Source: the human T2T-CHM13v2.0 reference genome, Homo sapiens
Direction: 5' to 3' (one strand)
Length of the DNA: 64,000 bases
NCBI RefSeq assembly: GCF_009914755.1
Contig: NC_060942.1
Shown here: in pieces, positions 1 through 14,803 of the stretch
Numbering within the stretch: the first letter of the stretch is position 1
Layout of the letters: every line of letters begins with the position of its first letter
The notes under the pieces: generated by a model
Told to the model about the DNA's origin: nothing
What the model saw: the letters and a program-made list of their open reading frames with translations, nothing else
Database searches by the model: none
Made by a program: the position numbers and the translations under genes

Positions 1-385
1 AACTCAAAGAAACCACTCCCAGATACATAACTAACCTGTTGAAAAACTAATATAACTAAAGAATGAAAACAGAGAAAAATGTCACATTATGTGTAGGGAG
101 AAAACAATTTAAAGACCACATATTTTTCATCACAAACTATGAAGACTAGCATACAGTGGAACAATATCTTTAAATCTGCAAAAGAAAAGAATTATAAACT
201 TAGAATTTTATACCCTGTGAAACTGTCCTTCAGGAATGAGGCAAAAAGAAAATATCCTCAGAGGAAGGAAAATTAACCTGCTATCAAAGCAATGCTAATG
301 TAAGTTCTTCAGCCTGAAGGGAAATGGTACCAAAAAAACACGTGGAATTCATGAAATGAAGAAGAGCAACAGAAATGGATTAAAA
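1..385 (+). mobile_element. Old LINE-1 (L1M-type) fragment, degenerate ORF1 3' region
   Basis: A-rich; resembles L1 ORF1 C-terminal coding sequence (cagtggaacaatatctttaaa...agaattttataccctgtgaaactgtccttcaggaatgag); no open frame. Confidence 0.7.
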
Positions 386-397
386 AGATATTTGTTT

Positions 398-435
398 ACA
401 CACACACACATACACATACACACACACACACACAC
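398..435. repeat. (CA)n microsatellite, interrupted
   Basis: Visible directly. Confidence 0.95.
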
Positions 436-1402
436 TCCTTAATTACAGTCTTGCTCCAGTTAATTCATGGAATTTCTAGAAAAAAATCTCTCTTTTTTGG
501 ATTTGGAAATACTTGGTGTGTACAGAAATAATTGAGGGTATTATGTTGCCCACGTGTTTTAACTAGGCACCTTCATTTATATAAGAAATATGAGTATATT
601 TAAATCTGAATAATTCAAAGATGTGTCACCTAATAAATATCCACTCATAACTCATGCTAACTCCAAAATTATTTCCAAAAGTAACCCAGACAATAGATTT
701 GCAAAATAAGTAATCTATGGCTATAATGGCATAATACCAAACTATACACTTATATACTATTTTTTCTGTGATTATTAGAATGCCAACAGAATAAATTTGA
801 TGTTAATATTAACTGAGAAAATTAACAATAAGGAAAGGAAGTAGAGTTTTTAAACAAATTTTAGCATGTTTTATTCATACATTTTATTTATTTCTGATAT
901 ATTTTCTCAAATACAGCAAAAAAAAAAAAAAAAAGAAAGATTGTCACTGCGTAGATTCCAGTCAGGAACTGGGATTTAAACAAACATTTAAATCTAATGC
1001 CTCATTTACTCTACTTCTGAAAGTAATTCAGAGGCTATTTCCTTAGCCAACATTTCCCATTCTGTAGCTTTCAATGATTTAAATGTGGCATGCAAATGTG
1101 GAGGATCCATGGTTCTTTGGAGTGTGCCAATTTTTGTAAACTAAGTTTGAAATTTTCCACTTAAGAAACAATCCACGCCAAAAAATGTCAGAAATTTTTA
1201 AAGGAGAACTCTGAGCCTCCTCAGTGGAAAGGCAACAGCAAAAAAAAAAAAAAAAATCAGTTTATAGATAAGTTAATGTATTGGATACCAAATCTGCGTA
1301 GAGTTTGAAGAGTTCTGTATTTCAAAGTCTTCTTCAGCTCACCTCCAAGTTGATATTTTGATCTTTTATTTACAGCTCAATTAGAAAAACCTAGTAAAAG
1401 CA

Positions 1403-1747
1403 CAGTTGGTCCTCCATATCTGTGGACTCCATATCCAGTAGATTCAACCAACCATGGATGAAAAATATATTTTTTAGAAAGATGTTTTAGTCTGTGCTGA
1501 ACATTCACAGACCTTTTCTTTTCTTGTCCTTATTCTCTAAAAGAGATAGTATGACAACCATTTGCATTGTATTTATATAGTTTTTTGTAATATAAATAAT
1601 CTAGAGATTATTTAAAACATATGGGAGAACGAGCATGGGTTATAAGCAAATATTATGCCATTTTATATAAGACTCTTGAGCACCCAAGGATTTCAGCATC
1701 TTGGGGGATACTGGAAGCAATCACCCATGAATACTAAGAGACAACTG
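1403..1747 (-). mobile_element. MER2 non-autonomous Tigger (TcMar) DNA transposon
   Basis: CAGTTG...CAACTG termini, 3' TA, ~345 bp; interior matches the recalled MER2 reverse complement (tatgccattttatataagactcttgagcac). Confidence 0.85.
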
Positions 1748-2761
1748 TACTCTGCAGTTCATGCACTTGGACTACATTAGAAAAAATTTAGAAAAATTGT
1801 CTTAGAAAGCAAGTATTTATATTTAAAGAATTTCCCACAATTTTATGCTCCAGGTGGAACAAATAAAAAGCAAATTGATACATAAAACTGGGAATTTTCT
1901 TCTAAATTCTAAATGAGATTAAATACAAACACCTATGAGCTGGGAAGAATGTGCTGGGACTTCGAAATAAACTCAGAAGTCAACCTTGTAGGTTAAGTAC
2001 ATGAAGTTGCTAATACCTAACCATGTTGACTTATAAAAATGGCCATTTCACTGGTATCAAACTAATACAAATGAAGAGAAGGAACACATGTCTACTTTCT
2101 ATTCCATTGGAAATCTCATTCAAGCACTCTTCAAAACCCAATTTTGCTAAAAGGAGTGAATCACAGGGAAGCACTCTGGGAACATCACAAAAGCAAATGG
2201 AAGAATGAATGATAGCATCATTTCCCCTCGAGTTCCTTCCACCTTCATATACTGGACTGAAAGTTTCCACTGCATGCCTTCAAGTGGGATATGGAATTCC
2301 CCACTGTGCCCCACCTCTAAATCCTTCCTTGCAAAAGCTCAATTTTCTATTTCCAATTTTGTATTGGCATATTACGGAGCCAAAAGAAAGTAGGTTTTTT
2401 CCTTTTCCCTCCCATTTGGAACTATCGTTTATTACCCTGGCTTTATATCCTATTATTTAATAACTTTTAAAGGGTTGTAAAATCTGAAAATGTACCTCAC
2501 AATGAAACTGATATAATCAGAGAGGAAGACAGTGCTGCAGAGTATAGGGGAAGGATAGTTCAGGGACAAGGGAAGAGGACAGGGACCTGCCAGCATCACC
2601 AGTCGCCACTCCTTTCCTCCTTCTAAATGCATCTTCATGAGCAGGGCTCATTGCTTCTACAGCACAGTCCCCTGCACCCCTGAACCAAAGGGATCTCTTT
2701 CTGACTCCTACACCGCATGCTGTATCTGACATTTGGGTATGTGTACCTTGTAATATCAGTG

Positions 2762-3192
2762 TCTGTCCTAGGCTGGCTTACCAGGAAATGAGATTCTGAG
2801 ATGGAGACTGAGTGCAGGATGTTTTTGGGGTGGCTCCCGGCAGGGACACCTATGGAGAGTTCTGGGAGCAGACTGAGGCAAAAGAGAAGCTGAACATGAG
2901 GCAGTGGCAGCAGAGCCCTCAGCCAGTTCTATAGGGAGCTCTGGAGCCCTCCAGAACTGTCTAGAATTGAGGGAAAGGTGCTGAGCCTCTGTACCCAAGC
3001 CCACCCCCAGCACTGACCAGAAATTAAACATGGGCTGTCCCCAGACATGAGTGTTACCTGGGCAAGACAGCTTCCTACAGTTAAAGGCAATTATTGAAAA
3101 GGAACTCAGCTGTTAGGAGTCATGAGTCAACCACCCCTGGAACCTGGAAGAATATGTGTCTTGGTCATGGAGGGGATTGTGTGTCATGCCAC
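2762..3192 (-). mobile_element. LTR16-family solo LTR (ERVL)
   Basis: gggagctctggag, ggcaagacagcttcc...ggcaatt...actcagctg blocks match the recalled LTR16 reverse complement. Confidence 0.65.
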
Positions 3193-3650
3193 AGAGCCAT
3201 TTTGGTCATCTTGATCTGGATATTGATTGTCCTCAAGCAGATGTAAGCCTCCTGAAGGCAGGGCTGCCGCTAGCATATGGTCTCCAGCTCAGAAGGTACT
3301 TTATGGCTTATGGTGGATTTTTATGCATGGGTCATCTGGCCACGATTTCCTCAGCAGCTAGTAGAGAAGGCCAAAAGTCAGCACATCTTGCTAGGCATGC
3401 ACCACCGAAAAAGTTATTCCTCTAGGGAACTTCGAAGCAAACCAGTCACCCTGAGGCACAGTGAGAGTGCAAGTTCTTTCTGCTGTCGCTCTTCTTTGAC
3501 CCTGCTAGAGATGACTTCACTGTCAGACAGTGAAAATCACGACTGTGATTATCCTCCAGTCCCCTATGTAGCTGTATTTTGTTATGTGTTGTGTGTGCAC
3601 ATTTTCCAGAAATCAGAAGTAAGGATTTGCTCTTCTAAAATCTTTTGTCA

Positions 3651-4358
<708 letters not shown>

Positions 4359-5289
4359 CTCTAGCTGGAGAAAGCATACTTCAGAGTAAAATTTTCATCA
4401 GTAAAAAGAAACCAAAAGGACTGTGTTTTGATATTCAAGAAATTCCCTAGGAGGCATTCCATTGATGATATCTGAGAGTCAGTCCTCACTTATGGGGAAC
4501 AAACAAAGCACAGTGTTGACCCATTTGCAACACATCGTAAACACCAGCACTCACTGTGTGCATTCACAGGGCTCAGCTCCCTGGAGAAGACCCCACACAC
4601 ACTTTCACTTTCTCTAATTTCACCATTTCCAGAAGGAAATTGGAAAAAATATCAGAGCTCAATTTGTAAAGATATGCCTAATATTCTTAATATTATGAGA
4701 CAGTTGCTTTGTTGCAATGTTTTACTGGCGGCGGCGGGGAACACATTCAGGCAGAGATGTGTTAGTTCACACAGAACCCTGTGTAAGCACACAATTCCCT
4801 GCTAAAGTCTGAAAAGCTGAACTATGGAAAGCAGGCCACATTGGATAATCCAATTTCAAGCACCCCAATAAAATGGCTTTTCTCACACATTTTCATGGTC
4901 CTCCATGGGCAGGTTCAGCAGAGAACAGACCAATAGAAACATCCAATGGGGATGTAAAGAATTTTCTTTAGTAGAATCAGTTGATTAACCAGTCCCACTC
5001 AAACAGAGGAAGTGAGGCAAGAGGCGCTCCTGCTACCAGAGGCTTCCTCCTTGAATGACCAACATCCGTTGCATGAGGTCAAGGACAGCCTTAAGCACAA
5101 GGAGATTCTAACCTGGGAGATGTCCAGTGACATGTCTTTGCCGTGCCCTCCCAGGTCTTCCTCCAGCAGGCAGGATGGCACTTGGAGTCTGGGTGATGCA
5201 GTGAGGTTCCAGGACGTGTGTGGTATTAACTGTAGCACTAAGATAAGTTTCCATGTAAAACAGAAACCTCTGGTCTAGGATGTGTTTTC

Positions 5290-5324
5290 TTTTGTTGTTT
5301 GTTTGTTTTGTTTTGTTTTGTTTT
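5290..5324. repeat. (TTTG)n/(TTTTG)n simple repeat
   Basis: Visible directly. Confidence 0.85.
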
Positions 5325-5345
5325 GCCAATTCACTTAACAAACCA

Positions 5346-5943
5346 CAGTAAATCCTCACTTATCATCAGTAGGCTCCTGGAAACTGCGGCTTTAAGCAAA
5401 ACGATGTATAGCAAAAACAATTAAACCATAGTCGAGTTGATCTAAAGAAGAGTTAAATTCCTAAGGCATATTTCTGGTCACAAAAACATCACCAAACTTC
5501 TAAATAAGGACAAAACACTTCTATATTAAACACCTGAAATAAATGTGAACTACACATACATTTAAGAAAGATTAATAAAAGCAAGTCAGATAATAATTTA
5601 CCCACTTATTCTAGTTCAGGGTTGCAGGGGGCTGGAGCTTAACCTGGAAGTTCAGGGCACCAGGCGGGCATCAGGCGGGCACCAGCCCTAGCCAGTACAC
5701 CGTCCCATCTTGGGCACACTCACATACTAGCACACAGACTGGGACCATGTGGACACACCAATTTACCTAACATGTCCAGCTCTGGGACGTGGGAGGAAAC
5801 CAGAGTACCTAGAAAAATCCCACACAGACCTGGGGAGAACAAGCAAACTCCACATGGGGGTGGACCTGGAAACAAAGTGATTTTTTCCCCTCATTGACAT
5901 TGGAACAAAACAATATTCAACTACATTTTTCAGGGACCTGCTA
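5346..5943 (-). mobile_element. MER6A (Tigger family)
   Basis: Begins cagtaaatcctcactta, ends ggacctgct; contains tttctggtcacaaaaacatcaccaaacttctaaata and gtgggaggaaaccagagtacc; ~600 bp. Confidence 0.85.
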
Positions 5944-6874
5944 AATAGGACTAATGGAAGAGAGTTAATAGTCACTATTTTTGTTGCTTTTACTTTGTTT
6001 TCTAACCCATGTTATGCCTTCCACAACTCTGACCCTAAACAAATGATGGTTTCCATGTTTTTCTGCAAAGGCCTGAGAAGGGGTAGGGAGTAAGTGTGGG
6101 CCTGCCTGCAGAAACTCCCTGACTGCAGACATTTTCTTTCTGCAGGAATTTCCTGTCCCATGCCCTGTTCGTTCCCAGGGATCTATGAGAAGCACATGGG
6201 TTAGAGGTGTGAGTAGTGACACCCCTGAGGACTGTGAGGGGGTCCAGGTGTACCATTCCTGAGTCCCCCTGGATGGAAATACTGCAGACTTCAGAGAGGA
6301 ACAGAAGAGAGAGGAATTAATGTAGATATTTACCAGACACAACTTCCAAATTTCCAGATTGGGGGCTTGGCCCTACTCCATCTCTGATTCTGGGATTTCA
6401 CACGTTTCTCAGACTGAATTGCTGCCCCCACAGCCCCCGCCCCATATTTCTTTCAAAGGACTACATATCAACCCATCTATCTCAGGGAGTAGCCATGTGG
6501 GAAGAAAAGGTATGAGTAATTTGTTTGATGATTCAGAACATGAAAAGTATGGTTTAATGTTCACACAGTTGCTCTCCACCCAGTTGCCTTAGGGAGTTAG
6601 TTTAGAACGGATAAGGAAGGGAGAAAACGCAAAATAAACCAATAATATACAAGAAATGGCTGCTTTGTTGATGAAGCTGTCAAAATCAGAAGGGAGATTC
6701 TTTTGTGAAGAAATGTTGAGGCCAATGGATCTCCTTGCTGAGAACTTCAGTGCTCTTGATAATCTATTGTTCAAAGGAGGAAAAAAGCATCCTACAAAAA
6801 TGTGTAATTTCCTAAAGTGAATTGTCATGACATTCAACAAAATGCAGTTTTGTCAGAGAAGTCATTTCCATATG

Positions 6875-7020
6875 TTTCAGATAATTGATTTGTGCGTTTC
6901 CTACTGTGACCAGACTGTAAGCTTCTTGAGAGCAGGAGACAAGTGCCATGCCCCTCTGGACACTCCTGAGTGTCTAGCATGGGGCTTTGCACATAAGATG
7001 TGCCATTAAATATTGACTGA
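6875..7020 (+). mobile_element. L2 3' end fragment
   Basis: cagactgtaagcttcttgagagcagg...ctagcatggggctttgcacataag. Confidence 0.7.
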
Positions 7021-8139
7021 GAGGCTATCATAATAAATGCAAATCACAATAATGAAAAAAGGTGATCCCTATGTGATGATTTCAATATATGTTGGCAAGA
7101 ACATTCCACTTCAAGCCAACAAGAAGTCCTCAGACTTCTTGTTATTTTATTCAGCCAGTGTGCCAAATTCTGTCCCAAGGGACCTACAAATGGTAATGAA
7201 TGGGGGAAAAACAATTAGGCTATTGAGTCCATTCCCCTTCACATCAGGCTTCTTCCCTGTGGAGCATTCTTCCAGCAATTACCTAGAGATGTCTCCTGTA
7301 CAGAGTTATCCTGCAATTCCTTTAGGAAAATAATAAATTTGACCCTGATACAAAGTTCCCACCATGCTACACTTCATTCTCTTGTGCCCAATATAACTTT
7401 GCGTTTGTCTTTTATTTTTTTCCTTTCACATATCTTTGGAAGAAATGTAGTTTAGCTTAACATGTATTGAGTATCAGGCATGAACAGTTACAGAAAGGAC
7501 TTACTGCCTCTAGTTCACGCAGATTGAGGTTCAGAGCCTTGATCAAGGAGCGGTATCAGGGATGCTGGGGGCGTCATTACACACCTGAGAGGGTGCTCAT
7601 CACAGACAGGTGTAGATTAGCGACTGCTAATGTGCTTCAGCCTGCTTCCCATCTTCCTCAAGCTCCTTCACTCATGCATTCCCAGTGGCGTGAGAGGCCC
7701 AGCTTAGCTGGCCGGGAGGAGGGACTTTTTGTGCTGTTATCTTCTTGTTTTTCCCACAAAGAACACACACCAGGTTACTATGACTAACTGCCTTGTGACC
7801 TGCTGTGTTTATTCTCCTTAACCCTGAACTGTGCTTTCATGCCCTGGAAGCCAGGCCAGGCAGCTGTCAGCCTGCATGGCCTTCTGTGTGTTGTTTGTAT
7901 GTACACGCAAAGAGCAGTGACTCATCTACAAAGGGAGTCTCCAGTAAAAGGCTGAGATTATCCTCCACTTCTCGTTCCATCACATTTTAGGAAACAAACC
8001 TTCTTATGAATTTGTCTTCATTGCTATAATGATATTTTTTCATTTATCTATAAACTGGCAAGAAGACAATTCCATTTCTCTCGTTGGATCTTACATGCCT
8101 GTCTCTTTCCCTTGGCTCAGGTCTTGGAACAGATTTGGA

Positions 8140-8406
8140 CCTCTCAGGAAGACCCCCGGTCATCCAAGCTAAAATGCGAACCATCTCCCCAACTGCTTTT
8201 TATCACAGTACCCTGTTTTGTACACTTCACCACTTCACTACTTGTAATTATCTTTTTTTAATTGCTTACTTTCTCAAATGTAAGTTTCACAGGTGCAAGG
8301 ATTCTGTTTGTCTTGCTTTGTTACCACTGAATTCCCAATGCAAAGAAAAGGGCTTGGCAGGCAGCATACAATAAATATTGATTGAATAACTGAACGAATG
8401 AATGAA
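8140..8406 (+). mobile_element. L2 3' end
   Basis: Ends caataaatattgattgaataactgaacgaatgaatgaa. Confidence 0.75.
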
Positions 8407-8919
8407 ATATATCAGGTGAAGCTCATAAGTCATATGTTAATCAGCACAGCCTTGTGGCTTAAGATCTTAGGGAACACAATGTAAAATCTTTAGCTTTCAT
8501 GGGGGCAAAAGGCTGAAGGAAGCAGAACATTAGTATATGGCAAAGAAGGGAACAAGCACTCTTTGCCTCCTCAGAGTTAAATTTATGGAGATCCAAACTT
8601 TACCTCGTATTGGTCTATTAGCTTTCCATTTACCCTCCCGCATCTGCTATGAAACACAGCAGCCAGCCCAAGGCTACAAATCCCTCCTTCCCATCATCTT
8701 CAAGTCTATTCAGTCCATTCTTTCCTTTCTTTCCTCCTCCCCTGCCTCCCTCCCTCATGCTCTTCCTCTTCCTTCCTTCTTTGGTATATGAATCTTCAGG
8801 TGCATCCCTTTCTGTCTTATCTATTATTTGACTATGAAGTATGTTCTTAGTAAAAAAATTATTCCCTAGTAGTCTAAAAAATGATCTTAAAGTATCCTTT
8901 TCATTACATTACCTATATA

Positions 8920-9194
8920 TTTTTTATTTTTAATTATCATGGGTACATAATAGTTTGACATTTTTATCAAGCACGTGATATTTTGAAGCCAGCATACAAT
9001 GTGTAATGATCAAATCAGGGTAACTGGGATATCTATCACATCAAACATTTATTAATTCTTTGAATTGGGAACATCTCAAAACTACTCCTCTATTTATTTT
9101 GAGGTATACAATAAATTATTGTTAACTATAGTCTCCTTATTTTGCTATCAAACACTAGATGTTATTCCTTCTATCTAACTGTATTTTTGTACCA
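8920..9194 (-). mobile_element. L1MA-type 3' UTR
   Basis: tgtgtaatgatcaaatcagggtaactgggatatc...aataaattattgttaactatagtc...ttctatctaactgtatttttgtacc. Confidence 0.85.
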
Positions 9195-9369
9195 GGGCTT
9201 CTATCATTTAGAAGATGAAAATGTGTGCTGAGATTTAAAAAGTATTCTCAAAAACAATGATGAATTGAATTCCCAGATTTAGTCATAACAGACTCACTTA
9301 AGGAAAGTTAATAAATATAGCTTTCATAAAGTAACATTTGTTAACGTAAATGCTTTAAGTCTCTTTTCT

Positions 9370-9530
9370 AGCATAAAATATAGGTTAAAGAAATCAAAAT
9401 GCATAGATCTTCAGTGTACAATTCAATGAGTTTTAGCAAATGTATGCATATAGGGTTCCACCACGAGAATCAGGATCTGGAACATTTACATTACCCAGAA
9501 AGTTCCTCATATGCCTTTCACTCAGTCCTC
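9370..9530 (-). mobile_element. L1MB/L1ME-type 3' end fragment
   Basis: aaaatgcatagatcttcagtgtacaattcaatgagtttt...ccagaaagttcctcatatgcc. Confidence 0.7.
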
Positions 9531-9539
9531 AGCTCTTCC

Positions 9540-10003
9540 AGAGATTTAAGGATGTCAATAAGCCCTAAGTATCATAAGCACAAAGAAAAAAATCACTCGT
9601 AGATGCAGTATAGTCAAATTACTGAAAGTCTTAAGATGGAGAGAAAATTTTTAAAGAAGCCAGAGAAAAAGAATACATTAAGTAAGGGAGGACAATGAAA
9701 AGAATTGATGACTAAAATCATCGAAAACAATGGAAACCAGAAGATGTTGGAACGACAGGTAAGAATGCTGAACTGAGGGGGGTGGCAAAAAATTTCAACC
9801 AAAACTTCTGTATCTAGCAAAACTATCCTTTGAAAATGAAGGCAAATGTAAATATACTTTCAGACAAACAAAATCCAGAAGGATTTACAGCCAAAAGGAA
9901 TGCTAAAAGTTCTTCAGGAAGGAAAACCACACTAAATAGTAACCCTGATCTACAGGAAGAAAAGAAGAGCACAGAAATGACAAATATGTGAATAAATATA
10001 AAA
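9540..10003 (+). mobile_element. Old L1M ORF1 3' region fragment
   Basis: atagtcaaattactgaaa...gcagccagagaaaaa-like, tatctagcaaaactatcctttgaaaatgaaggcaaa; degenerate. Confidence 0.75.
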
Positions 10004-10719
10004 CATGCGCCCCACCAGCTGAAGTCAGGCAGAGTCCTACTGGCTTCCAACCTCCTTCAAAGGGCACATCTTTCTCCTCACTTGACAAGCACTTCTGTAT
10101 TTGACAAAAGTGCAATATATGTATATATGAGGAAAACATAAGCCTGGGAATCCTTTTACCAATTTTTTTCCCATCAATCACTTGGTGGGCAGCAAATTCA
10201 TTGAATTTGGAAATGTCATCTTAGAAAGGAATCTTTTTGCTAAATTGTCTAGATACTGACCAAACTACCTTTGCCTCTGAGCCACAATTCATGTTCCAGC
10301 CACAGCAGCAGCCTCTGTGCTAATCATGCAAGATGCTTGTCTCTGCATTGAAAATAGGCCCATGACACCGTAGCACCAGTTACTGTCCAATCAAGATATA
10401 TCAAAGCAAATCCCAAACATATGCCCTTGTCTTAATTAGTTCACACTGTCAGCTGCTAGTTAACCCTCAGGACGACCTAACTTCCTGGCCAACTGCACAT
10501 GTCGTGGACCACCAACGACTTTCCCAGTTCCCAGATTGCTTGCCTGTGTGAGCCTGTCTTTGGCTATCCACTAGGCCCACTCTTGTTTAGTTCACTGGCT
10601 TCCAAAACATGACTCGGCTTCTGACCCTGGGTAACTGATGTCTCTGGACTTCTAGACCTGACTGTCTAGATTTCAAATTGCTTTTGTGGTCCAAAGTTCC
10701 ATCTTCTGCATATCTATTT

Positions 10720-10856
10720 ATCATTTCCTCATCCATTTTAACATTTGCTGACTGCATGCTATATGCCAGAATTATGTCAGGTGCTATGGTGACAGACGTA
10801 AACAACACCCAGTCCCTGCATTGGAAGCCCTCAAGTTTCAGAGGGGGTGACAGGCC
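10720..10856 (-). mobile_element. L2 fragment
   Basis: acatttgctgactgcatgctatatgccag...gtccctgcattggaagccctcaagtt. Confidence 0.6.
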
Positions 10857-11304
10857 AGCTAGGTGATTTAAGGGTAAGCGGGTGTTCTAAAGGCTTAAGT
10901 TTCCAAGAAGTGTGTGTTGTGCTATAGCAGCAATTAAAGATTATAAATATTTTGGAGTCCTCCTGACATCTATAATAATAAATCTTTCAGCTGATTAATT
11001 CAATAGGGGAAACAGACGTAGGAATCTTTTTATACAATAAAAATGGCATTTTTACTGACTTCTCATATTATCCTTTGTACTGTCTTGAAGATTGAATTCT
11101 GTTACTTAACTACGTACGTGACTGTGTTCAAATCCTTCAGAATCTCTGTGACCTACTCTCTTGCTTCATACAATTGGTGATTGTCTCAGGGTAGGAATCC
11201 TGGTAGGTTGCTCTTGCCACGTCACTGTTATTTGCCTGGGCAGTGTATCCCAAGGACTCTTATTAAATAATTTTCAATGAATTGCTGAGTCTCTGAAGAG
11301 TGCT

Positions 11305-11483
11305 GGGCTTCACAAGCCCGGATGTGCATTGAAGCCCCTTGGGAATCTTTAAGAATAGGATGGATGTCCAGACTCCACCCCCGGAAGTTCTGACCTCATT
11401 TTTCTGGGGTGGGGGCGAGATCATGGGTACACTGTAAAAGCTCCCTCGGTAATTCCACAGTGAGCCAGGGCTGAGAACCACTG
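11305..11483. mobile_element. MER5A/MER5B (hAT-Charlie)
   Basis: Ends cagggctgagaaccactg; ~180 bp. Confidence 0.7.
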
Positions 11484-11684
11484 TGCTGGAGATTCAGCTG
11501 AAGGGAGGTTGAGCCCAGCTCAGCTCATGGACTGGTTGAGGCGCGTGTGAGAGCAGCGTATGAGAGTAGCAGCACCTTTCTTCTTATTAAACATTTAAGT
11601 AAGTCTCACTTTTCCAAGATCATTACACTTCTTTGGTATCATACGAAGTAATAATATATGTGGGCACTATAAAGATAAATGTCT

Positions 11685-12080
11685 TGTTATGGGTTAAATC
11701 GTGTCCCCTTCATATGCTAAGTTCATATGTCAAAGTCCTAACACCCAGTACCTCTGAATGTGACTGTCTTTTGAGATAGGGCCTTTAAAGAGGTAATTCA
11801 GGTAGCACGAGGTCATAGAGGTGGGCCTAATCCAGTATGCCCGGTGTCCTTGTAAGAAGAGGAGAGTAGGACGCGGACAGGCACAGAAGGGAGACCGCAT
11901 GGAGACACAAAGAGAAGACAGCCATCTGCGAACCAAAGAGAGAGGCCTCAGGAGAAACCAAGCCTCAAGACACCTTGATCTCAAATATCCAGCCTCCAGA
12001 ATGGTGAGATAATAAACGTCTGCTGTTGAAGCCACTCAGTTGATGGCATTTTGTTATAACAGCAAGAGTAAATGAATACG
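11685..12080 (+). mobile_element. MLT1B-like MaLR solo LTR
   Basis: tgttatgggttaaatcgtgtcccc start, gagatagggcctttaaagaggtaatt, ccagcctccagaatggtgagataataaa. Confidence 0.9.
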
Positions 12081-12646
12081 TACAGGCAATTGCATGAAAA
12101 GAAAAGCAGAACTGTGAAGGAGCTCCTGAAACCTCAAGATTTTCTTAACCAATAGATTCCTAATCAAAGACAGATTTCAAAATTCGGTGTATCTTTAGTT
12201 CAATAACCATGTACCAAACACCTACTAGGTACTGGTATTGTGCTAGATGCTATGGATAGCACCTGTCTTTGAGTAACACATAAACCAGAGGGAAATTAAA
12301 GCCCTTAAAGCATAATCACTCCATGCTTTGGGTTCCAAAGTTGTAAAATAGCACCATCCAAAATGCTGCCTGTATGCTCCACAGGGTCCCTGTGAGCAGA
12401 TGCTGATTTAATGCACTCAACATGTTTTGAGAAGTGTAACGCACTGTACAAAACCTGGGAATGACAGACACCTAATCACACAATCCTCTAAGAGCCAAGT
12501 CTGACTCTGCAAACTCCACACGGGTCCACAACACCACTAGGAACAGAAATGAAGCAACAAAACACGTCTGCACTGGAAGTGCACCTGACTGAGTCACTCA
12601 TTGGAAGGGTGGGTACTGGTTAAGCTCCTTATTTATTCTCTAGTCC

Positions 12647-12675
12647 TGTTTTTTGTTTGTTTGTTTGTTTGTTTG
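12647..12675. repeat. (TTTG)n
   Basis: Visible directly. Confidence 0.85.
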
Positions 12676-13876
12676 CTTTGTGAAAAACTCACCAACTTGA
12701 AATGGGGGGCTCTGAGGAAATGGGATAGGCAAAGATATTCAGGAACATCCAGGGGTCATTAAATAATAAAAGAATCCGAGTATATCAAGCCATTACTTTG
12801 CCCTTCATGGCAACTTCCATGAGGACGAGGCCCATGTTTATTTGCACATATTTACATATTTAGCCCAGAGAATTACATGGCTCAGAGAGGAAGCCCAGTC
12901 AATATTTGTTAAAAGAATAATTATATTAGTGTATGCTTAACTTTCTAATGAATCTACTGCCTTTCAGCTTCCTTGCTAAATGTTAGATTAGTTTTTCAAT
13001 GTGCTAAATTGATGTGTTCATGCGACATCAGTTCATTGTACATTTTCAAAGCACAAGTCCCCATGCTACGTGGTGTGAAAACACAAAGAAGGCATGGTTG
13101 GCCCTTAACCACTCTATAATTTGTTACAATCCAATCCTTCAGTCATAACACACAAATAGCCTCCTAACGACTGCAATGGGACCTGGAAACTTTTTGAATA
13201 TTTTGTCTTTCTTTGATATTTTAGTTTTCAGATAAAATCTTTTCTTTCCTTATTCAGTCATCTAATTAACAGAACTTATTTACATTTAATCTGTGTCCTG
13301 CAATTGTATTTTTTAAAATAGTCTTAATTAAATTATATTGCCAATAATTAAAAAATGTGATGGCATAAAGTTTGCAAATATCAATATCAAACTAGTCTCT
13401 CCTTGTAATTAAAATCTACTATGCCATGTTTGACTTTTATCTCTTATGTAAATTGAAGCCAAAATGCATGTTAATCCTTCTCCTTTGGTGTATATTTACG
13501 CTTAAAAATATTTAGTGTCTTCCCTCCCATGGCTACCATAGCTAATAATGTCCTTATTACCTCATGCAGTGTTCATATTTTAAAATGCTGGATAATATTG
13601 CTTTAATATTCTTAAATAGAATTGAGTAGAATCCTATTTTAAATAGAATATAATGCTTTACAATGCTCTTTTATATCTATTTTTCTATCATATTCATTTT
13701 TCTATCTCTTAACTGCTCTAACTTTCTAAAAAAGACCCACAACCTGGAGAACCCATTCCATTGCCTTAGAGGAAGTCTCCACCAAAAAGGCAGAGCTGCC
13801 CCTTGATGTTCAGTTCCCAAGGAAAATTAGTATTTTCCATAACTCTTGATATAGCTATGTTCCACCAGAACCACAT

Positions 13877-14042
13877 GGCCAGGTGCAGTGGCTCACGCCT
13901 CAAATTCCAGCACTTTGGGAGGCCAAGGTGGGAGGATCACTTGAGCCCAGGAGTTTAAGGCTGCAGCGAGCTATGATCACATAACTGCACTTCTGCCTCG
14001 GCAAGAGAGCAAGATCCTAATTCTAAAAAGAATTTTTAAAAA
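13877..14042 (+). mobile_element. Alu monomer (FRAM/FAM-like)
   Basis: Single Alu arm with A-rich tail. Confidence 0.85.
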
Positions 14043-14803
14043 TATAAACATCTGTAAAACCGAAGAAAGGTAGGTCACCAATGGTGTTTATTGTCTTATC
14101 CCTTTGCAAAAGCGAAAAAAAAGTTTTAGGGGAGAATTTAGCAACTTGTGCCCTATCTTTGAAAGCAAAATTTGAAAGCAAAATATTTTCAAGGGTATAT
14201 AAGACTGCATGATTGTTACTTATAGCTTTCAAAAATCATTTTAGCATCCTCTTTAAGTTCCATAAGTGCTCCATTATGACATCTAAATATCAGCTAAAGT
14301 ATTTACCCAAAATGTCTGATGAGCAGCATTTTTTTCTCATGTACAATATTTCCATAAACTAAAGGAATACATTTAAAATAAGAAACTGATAATCTAAGTT
14401 CCAAGCATATAGGACACTTAGAGCAGTTTAATGTTGATCAAGTATCTAATCTCCACAAAGACAATGTAAGAAGCCCATTATAGTTTTCTGGATTCTAATA
14501 ACTTTTAATCAAATTTAATTTCAATTTAACAATTACATAGATGTAAACACCTCTTTGGACAATTTAAATGTAAATGTCTGGTTTTCACTGTACGCTCTTG
14601 GGCACCAGCTCAGGTGCTGATTTCGATTGATTTTTTTTTAAACCCTCATTATGAGAATATGCAAATAAAAGCATCTTTAAACCAGAAACTAGGCAGCCAT
14701 CCTTCTCTATCTACTAGTCTGTAAACCAATGTAACAGTTGATTTGACTTCACATTGGCACTGATTTTCAGGGCATTCTTTTAATATATTAAGTTATTCAT
14801 TTA

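Noticed and set aside
913-1256. Two ACAGC-poly(A) tracts as a possible duplication or retrocopy
   Set aside because: Similarity limited to 5 bp; no TSD or upstream homology
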